DNA of 64,000 nucleotides from Mobula hypostoma. Taxonomy: Eukaryota. Within the stretch, counting starts at the first letter, position 1. The number at the start of each line of letters is the position of its first letter. Below the pieces are notes generated by a model. It made no database searches and was not told where the DNA came from. It saw only the letters and a program-made list of their open reading frames with translations. The stretch lies in NCBI RefSeq assembly GCF_963921235.1, contig NC_086097.1, positions 246,638,001 through 246,702,000 on the forward strand, written 5' to 3'. Below, piece after piece: positions 63,801 to 64,000 of this stretch. Position numbers and translations under genes: made by a program.

Positions 63801-64000
63801 CATTTAATATATCTTATCTTGGAAAAAAAAACAATTCATGCCTCAACAACTCATATATGAAATCTGGCTGTGAATACTCACTGATCGTCTGGCAATATTG
63901 GTTTCCAAATCTAAACTCCCCTGGCACAAGGAGCACTGTAAATGTACACTTCACCCAGAATAAGGTTAGTTCCTGGAACTAAACATTCTGGGTGAAGTGC

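Noticed and set aside
63875..63930. Possible 39-nt minus-strand exon (ccag|GGGAGT..GATCA|gtgagt)
   Set aside because: The peptide does not resemble SUGCT and nothing else supports it.

Overview
Eukaryotic, repeat-dominated vertebrate DNA. The CR1, Rex1/Babar, RTE, Penelope and V-SINE content suggests a cartilaginous fish, possibly a ray (inference). The only host coding sequence I can support is one 121-bp internal exon of SUGCT (CoA-transferase family III) on the minus strand at 36659-36779, so the window is probably two very large SUGCT introns. The rest is mostly decayed and nested mobile DNA: CR1, Rex1/Babar and RTE LINEs, Penelope-like elements, V-SINEs, short bipartite RTE derivatives, Tc1/Tigger/hAT-type DNA elements, two solo LTRs and two minisatellites. 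Highlights: (1) a TSD-flanked bipartite RTE element that appears to carry a captured ZFTRAF1/CYHR1 coding fragment; (2) many Penelope-derived minimal hammerhead ribozyme motifs, several sense to the SUGCT pre-mRNA, including a shared CUGCUGA core variant; (3) a six-layer nested insertion whose innermost junction makes an open 267-codon GIY-YIG::CR1 fusion ORF. All family and gene assignments come from recalled motifs, not database searches. Boundaries of decayed repeats are approximate.
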